Shown piece after piece: positions 1-8,368 of a stretch of 64,000 bases of DNA. The notes under the pieces were generated by a model, which worked only from the letters and a program-made list of their open reading frames with translations, searched no databases and was not told the origin of the DNA. The stretch lies in NCBI GenBank assembly GCA_027078545.1, contig JALWXN010000004.1, forward strand, positions 384,001 to 448,000. The letters are read 5' to 3'. The first letter of the stretch is position 1; each line of letters starts with the position of its first letter. The position numbers and the translations under genes are program-made. This stretch comes from Nitrososphaeria archaeon (GTDB taxonomy: Archaea > Thermoproteota > Nitrososphaeria > Geothermarchaeales > JDFR-13).

Positions 1-211
1 GAGGTATGGCTCTGGCTATGTGGCCACTGGTCTTTTGAGCGGGTCATATGCACTGACTGGTGGGGCATTGGACGCTGCTATGCTCGCCGGGTCGTTACTA
101 GTGAAAATGATGGGTAAACTACGTGAAAACGGATGTTTTCACGTATCTGTGGAGCGGCTTGTGGAGCTCGCCTCGGAGGTTGTGAGGGAGGTCTCACTGG
201 GATCCGATTAG
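1..211 (+). CDS. C-terminal fragment of a ribokinase-fold protein (NnrD/YjeF-C or ThiM-like), 5'-truncated by window edge
   Basis: Open frame from base 2: RYGSGYVATGLLSG...DAAMLAG resembles the G(T/S)GD-x-LAG anion-hole region, with Y in place of D. Confidence 0.35.
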   Translation, partial: RYGSGYVATGLLSGSYALTGGALDAAMLAGSLLVKMMGKLRENGCFHVSVERLVELASEVVREVSLGSD

Positions 212-913
212 CCTCCTCAGCTCGGTGGCGTTCCTATACATCTGGATGTTGTTGAACATGATGTATATAGTCTTCTCCCTGTAGGGAGCCAGCTTGGCTA
301 GGAGCCTCTCCATGTCTCCATGGGTGTATACGTATCCGAGCCCCCCTATGCCGTGGAGCCTCAGGTATAGGACCTCGGGATGGGTATCGATCACTCCGTC
401 CTTGAAGGGGTCTGTCGTGAATATGTATCCAAGCCTGGAGAGCGTCTTCACTACGTGGGGCTGGAACCAGGACTCGTGCCTAGGCTCTATAGCTAGTAGG
501 CGGCTAGACATCTCTCTCAGCCTTGTGAGGGTCTCCTTCATATAGCCCTCCCAGGCCAGGCTGGGCGGTAGCTGTATCAGGAGTAGCTTGGCATCCAGGG
601 CCTCCCCAAGCTCCTCACTTATCCTGAAGGCGTTGTAGACCTCCTCTGTGGGCTGTAGGGCGCCATACTTCTTGGGGTCTCCCTCTAGCCTACCCTTGAA
701 CCTCCTCCACGTGGGGCTCGTGGTCTTATGGCTGACCCCCTGCCAGACCTTGAGGGTATACTCAACGGTTGGCGGGGTCTCCTCCCTCAGCCTCCTATAC
801 TTCTCGACGGTCTCGGGCTGGTAGAACGTCCTCTGCACCTCGATAGCATCAACGTTTAGGAATAGCTCCTGCCTCCGCACCGGGAAGCCGCAGACACCGA
901 CCTTGAAGGGCAT
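194..913 (-). CDS. DUF72 (UPF0759) family protein
   Basis: VGVCGF, EVQRTFY, QLPPS, IEPRHESW, YLRLHG and MFNN motifs. Confidence 0.88.
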   Translation of the reverse strand: MPFKVGVCGFPVRRQELFLNVDAIEVQRTFYQPETVEKYRRLREETPPTVEYTLKVWQGVSHKTTSPTWRRFKGRLEGDPKKYGALQPTEEVYNAFRISEELGEALDAKLLLIQLPPSLAWEGYMKETLTRLREMSSRLLAIEPRHESWFQPHVVKTLSRLGYIFTTDPFKDGVIDTHPEVLYLRLHGIGGLGYVYTHGDMERLLAKLAPYREKTIYIMFNNIQMYRNATELRRLIGSQ

Positions 914-994
914 CTCAAGAAACTTAGATTTGTGGAGACGTATTTTTAACCCGGGCTTTATATTTAGGATATCATCTCCTAGATATAATCAAGG

Positions 995-1537
995 ATGCCT
1001 AGGAAGTCACTGGTAATTGGATATGTATCGGTCTTCACGGCCCTTGCCGTGGTGGGTAGGCTCGGCTTCACTGTGCTGCCCAACGTGGCTCCAGTTGCGC
1101 CTCTCAGCATGGTGGCCGGCTATCTAGGTGGCCCCCTGGCCGGGTTTGCTGTTGGGGCTATGTCTATGATTGTCAGCGACGTCTTCATCGGTATGGGGCC
1201 ATGGACGCTCTTCACCTCTTTCTTCATGGGTGTTGTCGGGGTCTTTGGCTGGCTTATCAGGAGGCTCCGTTGCGATGGCTATCTAAGCTTCTTCATTGCA
1301 TACCTGGCTGTGCTTCTCTATGATGTGGGTACCAGCGTGGGTACGGTGATACTCTTCGGCGTCGACCCGCTGATCAGTATACTCAACCTCTTCATACCCA
1401 TATTCTTCCTAGGCATCCCCTACCCGATGGGGCCTGTCCACGAGTTCTCCTCTAGCCTCATGTTCGTCCTCTTGATGGAGAGTCTTAGGAGGTTCGGCTT
1501 TGTGGAGGTGTATAGCTATGGATGGGAAGGTCTTTAA
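995..1537 (+). CDS. ECF transporter S component (possibly cobalamin-specific, CbrT-like)
   Basis: 180 aa, multi-TM; ALAVVGR..LPNV.P and SDVFIGMGPWT signature; overlaps a DUF4430 gene. Confidence 0.75.
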   Translation: MPRKSLVIGYVSVFTALAVVGRLGFTVLPNVAPVAPLSMVAGYLGGPLAGFAVGAMSMIVSDVFIGMGPWTLFTSFFMGVVGVFGWLIRRLRCDGYLSFFIAYLAVLLYDVGTSVGTVILFGVDPLISILNLFIPIFFLGIPYPMGPVHEFSSSLMFVLLMESLRRFGFVEVYSYGWEGL

Positions 1538-2114
1538 GGCTGTGATAGCTGTCTTCTTCATCTGGTCGATACTGGCCTCCGTGGCTGCAGGCTACTTCTA
1601 CAACCTGGCTGTCCAGCTTGAGGAGGAGAATGCCAGGATCTCTGAGGAGCTATCGGCTGCCCAGGATAGTCTTAGCCAGCTCCAGGAGGCTGTGAATAGT
1701 CTGAGGGAGTCGATAGGGAGTCTCAACAGTACTTACCAGGAGCTTCTCCAGAACTATTCAGAGGTTATTGATAGGCTGGCTAGGGATCTTAACAGTGGCT
1801 ACGTCAGCCTCATCATAGACTTTGGTAATGGTACCGTGAAGTATTATAAGCTCCTCGTCGTCTATGGCGAGAACGACACTGTCTTCGACCTCTTGATGGC
1901 TACTGGCCTGGAGATCGACTATACAGAGTATCCCGAGTTCAACGACGTCTTCATCAACTGTATAGCTGGTGTCTGTGGTATGCAGACGAGTGAGAATAGT
2001 GGTATGTACTGGCTCTTCTACGTCAATGCAGAGATGAGTCAGAGGGGTGCTAAGCAGACCACTGTTACCGAGGGGGACGTGGTTGAGTGGGTCTATAAGG
2101 AGGTCTCCTGGTAG
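1518..2114 (+). CDS. Membrane-anchored DUF4430 (transcobalamin C-terminal-like) protein with coiled-coil stalk
   Basis: N-terminal TM, heptad stalk, TVFDLL...FINCIAG...YWLFYVN...GDVVEW; ATG 1518 follows GGAGGTG. Confidence 0.75.
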   Translation: MDGKVFKAVIAVFFIWSILASVAAGYFYNLAVQLEEENARISEELSAAQDSLSQLQEAVNSLRESIGSLNSTYQELLQNYSEVIDRLARDLNSGYVSLIIDFGNGTVKYYKLLVVYGENDTVFDLLMATGLEIDYTEYPEFNDVFINCIAGVCGMQTSENSGMYWLFYVNAEMSQRGAKQTTVTEGDVVEWVYKEVSW

Positions 2115-2173
2115 CCCTCCCAAACCCCTATTTTTTATAGTATCTCAGCCATATTTAGAGTGGTGCTCCTAGG

Positions 2174-2464
2174 ATGCCTGTTAAGCGTAAGAATCGAGGT
2201 AGGAGGAAGGGTAAGGGTAGGAAGGGTAGGGAGGAGTATGTATACTGCTCCAACTGTGGTAAGCGTATACCTAGGGATAAGGCGATCAAGGTTGAGAGGC
2301 GCCTAACACCTGTCGATCCGCAGCTGGCGAAGGAGCTTAGGAAGCAGGGCGCGGTGATAATGTCGACACCCATACTGAAGTACTACTGTGTCTCCTGTGC
2401 CGTCCACTATGGCATTGTCAGGATAGGTGGCTATAGCGAGAGGATGGCTAGGGAGGAGTATTAG
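2174..2464 (+). CDS. rps26e: 30S ribosomal protein S26e
   Basis: PVKRKNRGR, CSNCGKRIPRDKAIK, YCVSCAVH. Confidence 0.97.
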   Translation: MPVKRKNRGRRKGKGRKGREEYVYCSNCGKRIPRDKAIKVERRLTPVDPQLAKELRKQGAVIMSTPILKYYCVSCAVHYGIVRIGGYSERMAREEY

Positions 2465-2537
2465 TCCTCGACTATAGGCAATAAGCTAACCCTTTTTTAA
2501 GCACCTCCAACCTCCTAATACTTATTAGTGATCGGGG

Positions 2538-3266
2538 ATGTCTGAGGAGTCGATCATAGAGATTAGGAAGAGGATATTCGGGGATATCCTCTCTGCCGAC
2601 GATATCGGCGGGGCGATGAGGAGGTGGAGGATGTTCTTCAAGATCTCCCAGGTGGATCTGGCGAGGTTCATGAACATATCCTCCTCGGTACTGTCGGAGT
2701 ATGAGAATGATCCTAAGAAGTCTCCGGGCGCCAGGTTCATCAAGAGGTATGTCGATGCCCTCCTGGAGATCGATATGAATAGGGGTGGGAAGATCATCAG
2801 TGTACTGGCCAATAGCGACGTCTCTCTACAGGTTGGTAAGGAGATCCTTAAGATGCGTGACTATAAGAAGCCCTTCCCGGCTGAGAAGCTTGTGGAGCTC
2901 CTCGACATCGAGATCCTCTATGGCGAGGAGGCTGTTAGGGATACCCAGCTCTATGGCTATACCGTGCTGGACAGTGTAGCCGCTATACTCTCGATGAGTG
3001 GCCACGTCTACTACAGGATCTTCGGGAGGTCTACTGAGAGGGCGTTGATATTCACCAATGTCTCGACGGGGCGTTCACCCATGGTTGCTGTGAGGGTCTA
3101 TCCATTGAAGCCTAGGATGGTCGTCCTCCACGGGCCTAAGAAGGTGGATAGCCTGGCTGTGAAGATCGCTGAGAAGGAGTCGATCATACTGGGTAGGAGT
3201 AGGCTTAGGTTCCAGCCAGACCTCCTCCAGACCCTTGATGAGATTGACCAGTTGGTAGAGGCTTAA
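2538..3266 (+). CDS. XRE-family HTH regulator with C-terminal DRTGG-like domain (COG1709-like)
   Basis: ISQVDLA...VLSEYE..KSPG HTH; RALIFTNVSTGRSPMVAVR. Confidence 0.85.
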   Translation: MSEESIIEIRKRIFGDILSADDIGGAMRRWRMFFKISQVDLARFMNISSSVLSEYENDPKKSPGARFIKRYVDALLEIDMNRGGKIISVLANSDVSLQVGKEILKMRDYKKPFPAEKLVELLDIEILYGEEAVRDTQLYGYTVLDSVAAILSMSGHVYYRIFGRSTERALIFTNVSTGRSPMVAVRVYPLKPRMVVLHGPKKVDSLAVKIAEKESIILGRSRLRFQPDLLQTLDEIDQLVEA

Positions 3267-3294
3267 TTTACCTCCCCACACTTTATATAGTAAA

Positions 3295-4083
3295 ATGAGT
3301 ATTTCGGGTGACCCGGCCGTAGATACGGCGCTTAAGCTCGTCGTGCTGGCCGTGGTCTCCATCATATCCTATAGGCTACGCTTCCTCGATGGGAGGGGCT
3401 TTATAGCCTCCCTGGCCATTGGCTCGGCCGTCCTCTTCATTGGTGGGTGGCGCCTCTTCGCCCTCCTCCTACTATTCCTCCTGGTGGGTAGTCTGCTGAC
3501 CAAGGTTTTGAATGGGGGTGGGGGTATCAGGGGTTGGCGCAACGTCTTGGCGAATGGTGCGTGGGCCGCGGCCTCTGCATCTGCCTATGGATTGTCTGGT
3601 AGCCAGGCGGCCCTCCTATTCTTCCTGGGCACCTTGAACGCTATGTTTAGCGATACCGTCTCCACGGAGGTTGGTATGTATCTGGGTGGGAGGCCTAGGC
3701 TTATAACCAAGCCTTGGCTGGAGACTAGGAGGGGCCTCTCCGGAGGAGTTACTGTCCCCGGCCTGCTTGGAGGCTTCTCGGGTGCTATACTCTTCTCATA
3801 CCTATCCCTCTACATGTTTAATGGTGAGCTGGATAGCCCTGCAATGGTCTCAGTCGCCTGTGCAGGTATACTGGCCAATGTCCTCGACAGCTTCCTAGGC
3901 GCTACTCTACAGGCTAAGTATAGATGCGCCTCCTGTGGGGAGGTGGTTGAGGAGGATGTGCACTGTGGCGTGAGGGCGGTCTTGATCTCTGGCTATAGGG
4001 GTGTGGATAACCATATGGTGAATATGGTCTCCAGCCTTGCCGGGGGTCTCCTGGCTATTGGGCTGTACTACCTAGTCTTCTAG
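3295..4083 (+). CDS. DUF92/TMEM19 family membrane protein
   Basis: RNVLANG, SDTVSTEVG, SGGVT, DSFLGATLQ and NHMVN motifs. Confidence 0.9.
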   Translation: MSISGDPAVDTALKLVVLAVVSIISYRLRFLDGRGFIASLAIGSAVLFIGGWRLFALLLLFLLVGSLLTKVLNGGGGIRGWRNVLANGAWAAASASAYGLSGSQAALLFFLGTLNAMFSDTVSTEVGMYLGGRPRLITKPWLETRRGLSGGVTVPGLLGGFSGAILFSYLSLYMFNGELDSPAMVSVACAGILANVLDSFLGATLQAKYRCASCGEVVEEDVHCGVRAVLISGYRGVDNHMVNMVSSLAGGLLAIGLYYLVF

Positions 4084-4706
4084 CCTTTAACGGTTCTTAG
4101 ATGCTCCATAACCGTGTTGTACTCCTCCTCCGTTATCGCCTCGACCCTCCAGAGAGCCTCTATCACCTCTGATATGGTGACTACCCTGTAGACGTTCAGC
4201 CCCTTCTCCACAAGCTTCTCGTAGCCGCCCTCCTCCCTATCCAGTATTACGAGGACGTTCTCCACCTCCACGCCATACTTATCCCTCAGTGCGTCGACCA
4301 CCTTTAGGATCGTCTCGCCGGTGCTTATCATGTCGTCTATGAGTAGAGGGGTCTCGAAGGTGTTTAGCACCCCTATCCTTACCTCGACCTCGTCTGGATC
4401 CACTAGTGAGAAGGGTGTCTTCCGCGCTAGGGCTAGGGGTATGGTTATCACGGCGCCCTTATCCATTATACCGATGAACTTGTCTATCTTCTCCAGCTCG
4501 GGGCTGACTAGGATCTTCCTGTTTATATGGTCTATCAGGGTGTTTAGGAGGTCTATCCTCGAGGATAGGAGGGTGAAGTCGAGGAAGTATGGGGTCTCTA
4601 TGCCGTTTGAGAGCTTGAACCTGCCGAACCTGAGTAGCTTACCCTTCGTTACGAGCTTGGCTATTAGGTGGGTCTCCGGGTCTATCATCCCTATTCTCCC
4701 AGTCAT
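4080..4706 (-). CDS. pyrE: Orotate phosphoribosyltransferase (divergent)
   Basis: FGRFKLSNG..PYFLD, PRPP loop LIDDMISTGET, ILDREEGG. Confidence 0.8.
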   Translation of the reverse strand: MTGRIGMIDPETHLIAKLVTKGKLLRFGRFKLSNGIETPYFLDFTLLSSRIDLLNTLIDHINRKILVSPELEKIDKFIGIMDKGAVITIPLALARKTPFSLVDPDEVEVRIGVLNTFETPLLIDDMISTGETILKVVDALRDKYGVEVENVLVILDREEGGYEKLVEKGLNVYRVVTISEVIEALWRVEAITEEEYNTVMEHLRTVKG

Positions 4707-4747
4707 AATATTATGTGGCTATAGGCATTAATGATGTGGTGGTCTAT

Positions 4748-5737
4748 GTGGTCAGGGTCGGTATAAACGGCTTCGGTAGGATAGGTAGGATGGTATTCCG
4801 ACACTCCCTCGGTATCGATGGGGTTGAGGTGGTGGCTGTCAACGACCTATCCGACGTGAAGATGCTGGCCCATCTCCTGAAGTATGACAGTATCCATGGT
4901 AGGCTGGAGGCGGATATAGGGTATGGAGATGGATATATTACGGTCGACGGCTTAGAGGTTAGGGTCTTCAATAGTAAGAGCCCCTCCGAGATACCCTGGG
5001 ACTCCGTGGATGTAGATATCGTCGTCGAGTCTACAGGCCTCTTCAGGGAGAGGGATGCAGCGGCCCTACACCTTGAGAGGGGGGTGGATACCGTGGTTAT
5101 CTCGGCGCCTGGTAAGGGTGTCGACCTCACCGTGATACCCTATATCAATGAGCATCTCTATAGGAGGGGTGAGCATAGGGTCATATCTATGGCCTCATGT
5201 ACGACCAATGCCTTGGCCCCACTGATCAAGGTTCTCCACGACAACCTTGGTATTGTGAAGGGTGGGATGACCACTGTTCATGCCTATACCAATGACCAGA
5301 GGATCCTCGACGGTATTCATAGGGATCCTAGGAGGGCCCGTGCAGCTGCGGTCAACCTTATACCGACGTCTACAGGTGCTGCCAAGGCTATCTTCGAGAT
5401 CTATCCTGAGCTTAGGGGTAGGCTCGACGCCTATGCGATCAGGGCGCCTGTGGCTGATGGCTCGTTGATAGATCTTAAGGTCGTGGTCTCTAGGGAGACT
5501 AGTGTGGAGGAGGTTAATAGGCTGTTTAGGGAGGCCTCTGAGGGTGAGCTCTCCAAGATCCTACAGTATGTGGAGGAGCCTATAGTCTCCTCGGACATAA
5601 TCAACAATACGTATCTATCGATATTCGACAGCCTCTTGACCGAGGTTGTTGACGGGGACTTTGTAAGGGTTGTCAGCTGGTACGACAATGAGTATGGATA
5701 TTCCTACCACCTGGCGAGCCTCCTGGCTAGGCTGTAG
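4748..5737 (+). CDS. gap: Class I glyceraldehyde-3-phosphate dehydrogenase
   Basis: VGINGFGRIGR, ESTG, ASCTTNALAP, PTSTGAAKA, WYDNEYGYS; likely GTG start at 4748. Confidence 0.95.
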   Translation: MVRVGINGFGRIGRMVFRHSLGIDGVEVVAVNDLSDVKMLAHLLKYDSIHGRLEADIGYGDGYITVDGLEVRVFNSKSPSEIPWDSVDVDIVVESTGLFRERDAAALHLERGVDTVVISAPGKGVDLTVIPYINEHLYRRGEHRVISMASCTTNALAPLIKVLHDNLGIVKGGMTTVHAYTNDQRILDGIHRDPRRARAAAVNLIPTSTGAAKAIFEIYPELRGRLDAYAIRAPVADGSLIDLKVVVSRETSVEEVNRLFREASEGELSKILQYVEEPIVSSDIINNTYLSIFDSLLTEVVDGDFVRVVSWYDNEYGYSYHLASLLARL

Positions 5738-5739
5738 AG

Positions 5740-6414
5740 ATGGATAGGTTTATCGAGCTCCTCTGGGAGAGGGGGGAGGAGCTGGCCCGGCTGATAGGGC
5801 CTCCCAGGCCTGGCCAGCCTATGGAGATGTATATCGAGGATGTGGAGTGGCACTTCTCGGGGGATTCCCCCATCTCCCCCCTCGACGTGTATGAGTATAT
5901 GCTTAGGGGTGTAAAGTCTATATCGGCTGGTAGGAGGCCCTATATAGGCCTGGCTGTGGAGGAGGGTGTCGAGATTCTTAGGCCACTCAAGATGTATGCC
6001 TCTCTCCTTGGTATGGAGGCCCTGGTCATGGGGCGTCTGGAGCGTGGGAGGGCCGGGGTATTGATGCCGAGGGCGTCTGAGATACCTGTATACATCGTCT
6101 CGGAGAGGATTATAAGGGGGTATGACTGGGAGCCGGTGGTTAGGGATGGGCTTATACTGGTGGATAGAGAGCACTCACTCCAGCTCCTCATGCATTTTAT
6201 AAGGCCCTATCTCCACCTGGGGCTGGGCACGCCTATGCCTATCCTCACCCCTATTAAGCGTGTAGTCGGTCTTCCACGGGGCTCGATGCTCCTCAATAGG
6301 CTCTTGGAGCCGGTGGATAGTCTTGGGGAGGCCTACTACGTCGCCCTCTCCGATGGTAGGGAGGGGTTTGCGGAGCCCTTAAGGTTTGTAGCTGTCCCTA
6401 GGTATGAGGCCTAG
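5740..6414 (+). CDS. Hypothetical protein
   Basis: 224-aa ORF with host-like codon usage, 2 nt after gap. Confidence 0.6.
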   Translation: MDRFIELLWERGEELARLIGPPRPGQPMEMYIEDVEWHFSGDSPISPLDVYEYMLRGVKSISAGRRPYIGLAVEEGVEILRPLKMYASLLGMEALVMGRLERGRAGVLMPRASEIPVYIVSERIIRGYDWEPVVRDGLILVDREHSLQLLMHFIRPYLHLGLGTPMPILTPIKRVVGLPRGSMLLNRLLEPVDSLGEAYYVALSDGREGFAEPLRFVAVPRYEA

Positions 6415-6672
6415 CTGTCTAAGCATGAAGACGGTCTCTCTAAGCTTCTCCCTGGTCTCTATACCCTTCTCGGTGAGTTTGTATAGCTTCCTCCCCTGCT
6501 TCTCATCGACCTCCTCCACGATTAGCCCGTTCTCAATCATTATCTCTAGCTTCTCCCTTAGGCGTGGGATAGGCATGTTTGCGTAGGAGGCTATCCTACT
6601 TATTATCGCCCCATCCTCCCCAATCGCCTCTAGTATGTCCAGTATTATGACGACGTCGGGGCGATACTTCAC
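6379..6672 (-). CDS. Winged-helix transcriptional regulator
   Basis: IILDILEAI...ISRIASYANM...NGLI...YKLTEKG. Confidence 0.85.
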   Translation of the reverse strand: MKYRPDVVIILDILEAIGEDGAIISRIASYANMPIPRLREKLEIMIENGLIVEEVDEKQGRKLYKLTEKGIETREKLRETVFMLRQLGLIPRDSYKP

Positions 6673-7347
6673 CTATCCCTTCACCCTTATCTCGGCCTCC
6701 TTCTTCATGAGGTATAGGAGTAGGAAGGCGACCGTGTCGGTGAGGAATATTAATAGTTCTGAGAAGGGCTTCTCAGGGAGTATGTCGACTCCCCTGGAGA
6801 AGATGATTAGTACTAGGCCTAGGGTCCATAGCTTACCGGTTATCACGCCCTTCTCGGAGTAGAGTATGTACTGTGAGAGGAGGAATGTTCCCTGTAGTAG
6901 GATCACTATGTTAGTGATCAGTATCCCGGTGTCTAGTAGGTCCCTTGAGAGGACTCCCAGGCCTGTCTGTAGTATGGGTATTAGGAGCATCTCTGCTTGG
7001 AGGGTCTCGAGCCTCTCCTCCACGAGCCTCTCACTCGTGGAGAGTAGGAGTATGAAGAGGCCTAGTGAGAATAGGCTGTTGTAGACCAGTACGGAGAGCC
7101 TCCTGTAGTAGTCCAGCTCCTGTATCGGTATGTCGGGGTTGATTATGGATACCCATATGTTGATACTGAGCATCGAGATCGTGGCTGTGATGAATAGTAG
7201 GAATGACAGTGTTATCAGCCTGAGCTGTTTAGACCTTGTTATCTCGTATCCAGTCCTGAAGAGTTGGAAGACGCTGTACTGGACGATCAGTAGGATGGCC
7301 CCCGTGACTAGGTATGTGGAGGCCATCCATAGGTTGATGTTTATCAA
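6673..7347 (-). CDS. Multi-pass (6-7 TM) membrane protein, possibly the sensor partner of the adjacent wHTH
   Basis: Hydrophobic helices throughout; stop codon abuts the wHTH start. Confidence 0.65.
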   Translation of the reverse strand: MININLWMASTYLVTGAILLIVQYSVFQLFRTGYEITRSKQLRLITLSFLLFITATISMLSINIWVSIINPDIPIQELDYYRRLSVLVYNSLFSLGLFILLLSTSERLVEERLETLQAEMLLIPILQTGLGVLSRDLLDTGILITNIVILLQGTFLLSQYILYSEKGVITGKLWTLGLVLIIFSRGVDILPEKPFSELLIFLTDTVAFLLLYLMKKEAEIRVKG

Positions 7348-7444
7348 TATTTATCACCCTTTGGGAGGGTTTCGAGACCCACATTAATATAGTCTATTAA
7401 GATATCTTATAATGAACCTCTGGACCCCCCTTGGTGGACGCGGC

Positions 7445-8368
7445 ATGGATGACTCCCTCGAGTCCCTAGAGACTATGCTTATGAATGGCTATGTCTCCCC
7501 CGATCTACGGGAGGAGATCCTCCGTATAGGCTACCGTGTGAAGGAGGAGTTCCTCAGGTATCTGTATGAGGTCCCAATATCCTCCTCCCGGCTTAGGAAG
7601 GCTGTTCTACACCTGGCTGGGAGGGGTAAGTTCGTCAGGGGGATATTTACATATGTCTTTGCTAGGGCCCTTGGTGTTGATGAGGATAGGGCTATTATCC
7701 TGGCCGTCTCTACTGAGCTATACCACCTCGCCAGCCTGATCCACGACGACATTATAGATGGGGCTGGGTATAGGAGGGGGGTGGAGACTGTACATAGGAG
7801 GTTTGGCCTGGAGTATGCCATAATCGCGGGGGATCTCCTCATAGTCTATAGCAACCTCCTCCTATCACGGCTTGGGTGTAGGGTGATAAGTATCTATGCC
7901 TATGAGGGGGTCCGTCTAGCTGATGGCGAGGCCCTGGAGCTGGATATGGGGGCTATAAGGGATCTCGAGTCTTACTACCGTGTGATCGACCTGAAGACCT
8001 CCAGTGTCTTCGTGGCTATGCTGGAGTCCTCAGCAGTGTTGGCGGGTATGGATGATATGCTTGACCGGGTGAGGGACCTGGCTAGGGAGGTGGGCTACGC
8101 CTTCCAGATTGGTGATGACATCCTCGATGTGGTGGGTAACTCGTCGGTTACGGGTAAGGATACTGGTATGGATGTGGATGGGATCAATATCGTCAACATA
8201 TTCTTGAGGCAGGGCCTCAGTCCTGAGGAGGCTGTGGCGAGGGCTAGGGAGCTTCTCAGGAGGCATGTTGAGAGTGCCCTCTCGATGCTCAGGCTTTTTA
8301 GGCTTGAGGAGGGTTATACCCGTATATTGACCGCCCTTATCAGGAGCCTGGAGGTCAGGAGGCTATGA
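7445..8368 (+). CDS. Polyprenyl diphosphate synthase (GGPP synthase family)
   Basis: GKFVR, FARM LIHDDIID..RRG, SARM FQIGDDILD, GKD. Confidence 0.93.
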   Translation: MDDSLESLETMLMNGYVSPDLREEILRIGYRVKEEFLRYLYEVPISSSRLRKAVLHLAGRGKFVRGIFTYVFARALGVDEDRAIILAVSTELYHLASLIHDDIIDGAGYRRGVETVHRRFGLEYAIIAGDLLIVYSNLLLSRLGCRVISIYAYEGVRLADGEALELDMGAIRDLESYYRVIDLKTSSVFVAMLESSAVLAGMDDMLDRVRDLAREVGYAFQIGDDILDVVGNSSVTGKDTGMDVDGINIVNIFLRQGLSPEEAVARARELLRRHVESALSMLRLFRLEEGYTRILTALIRSLEVRRL

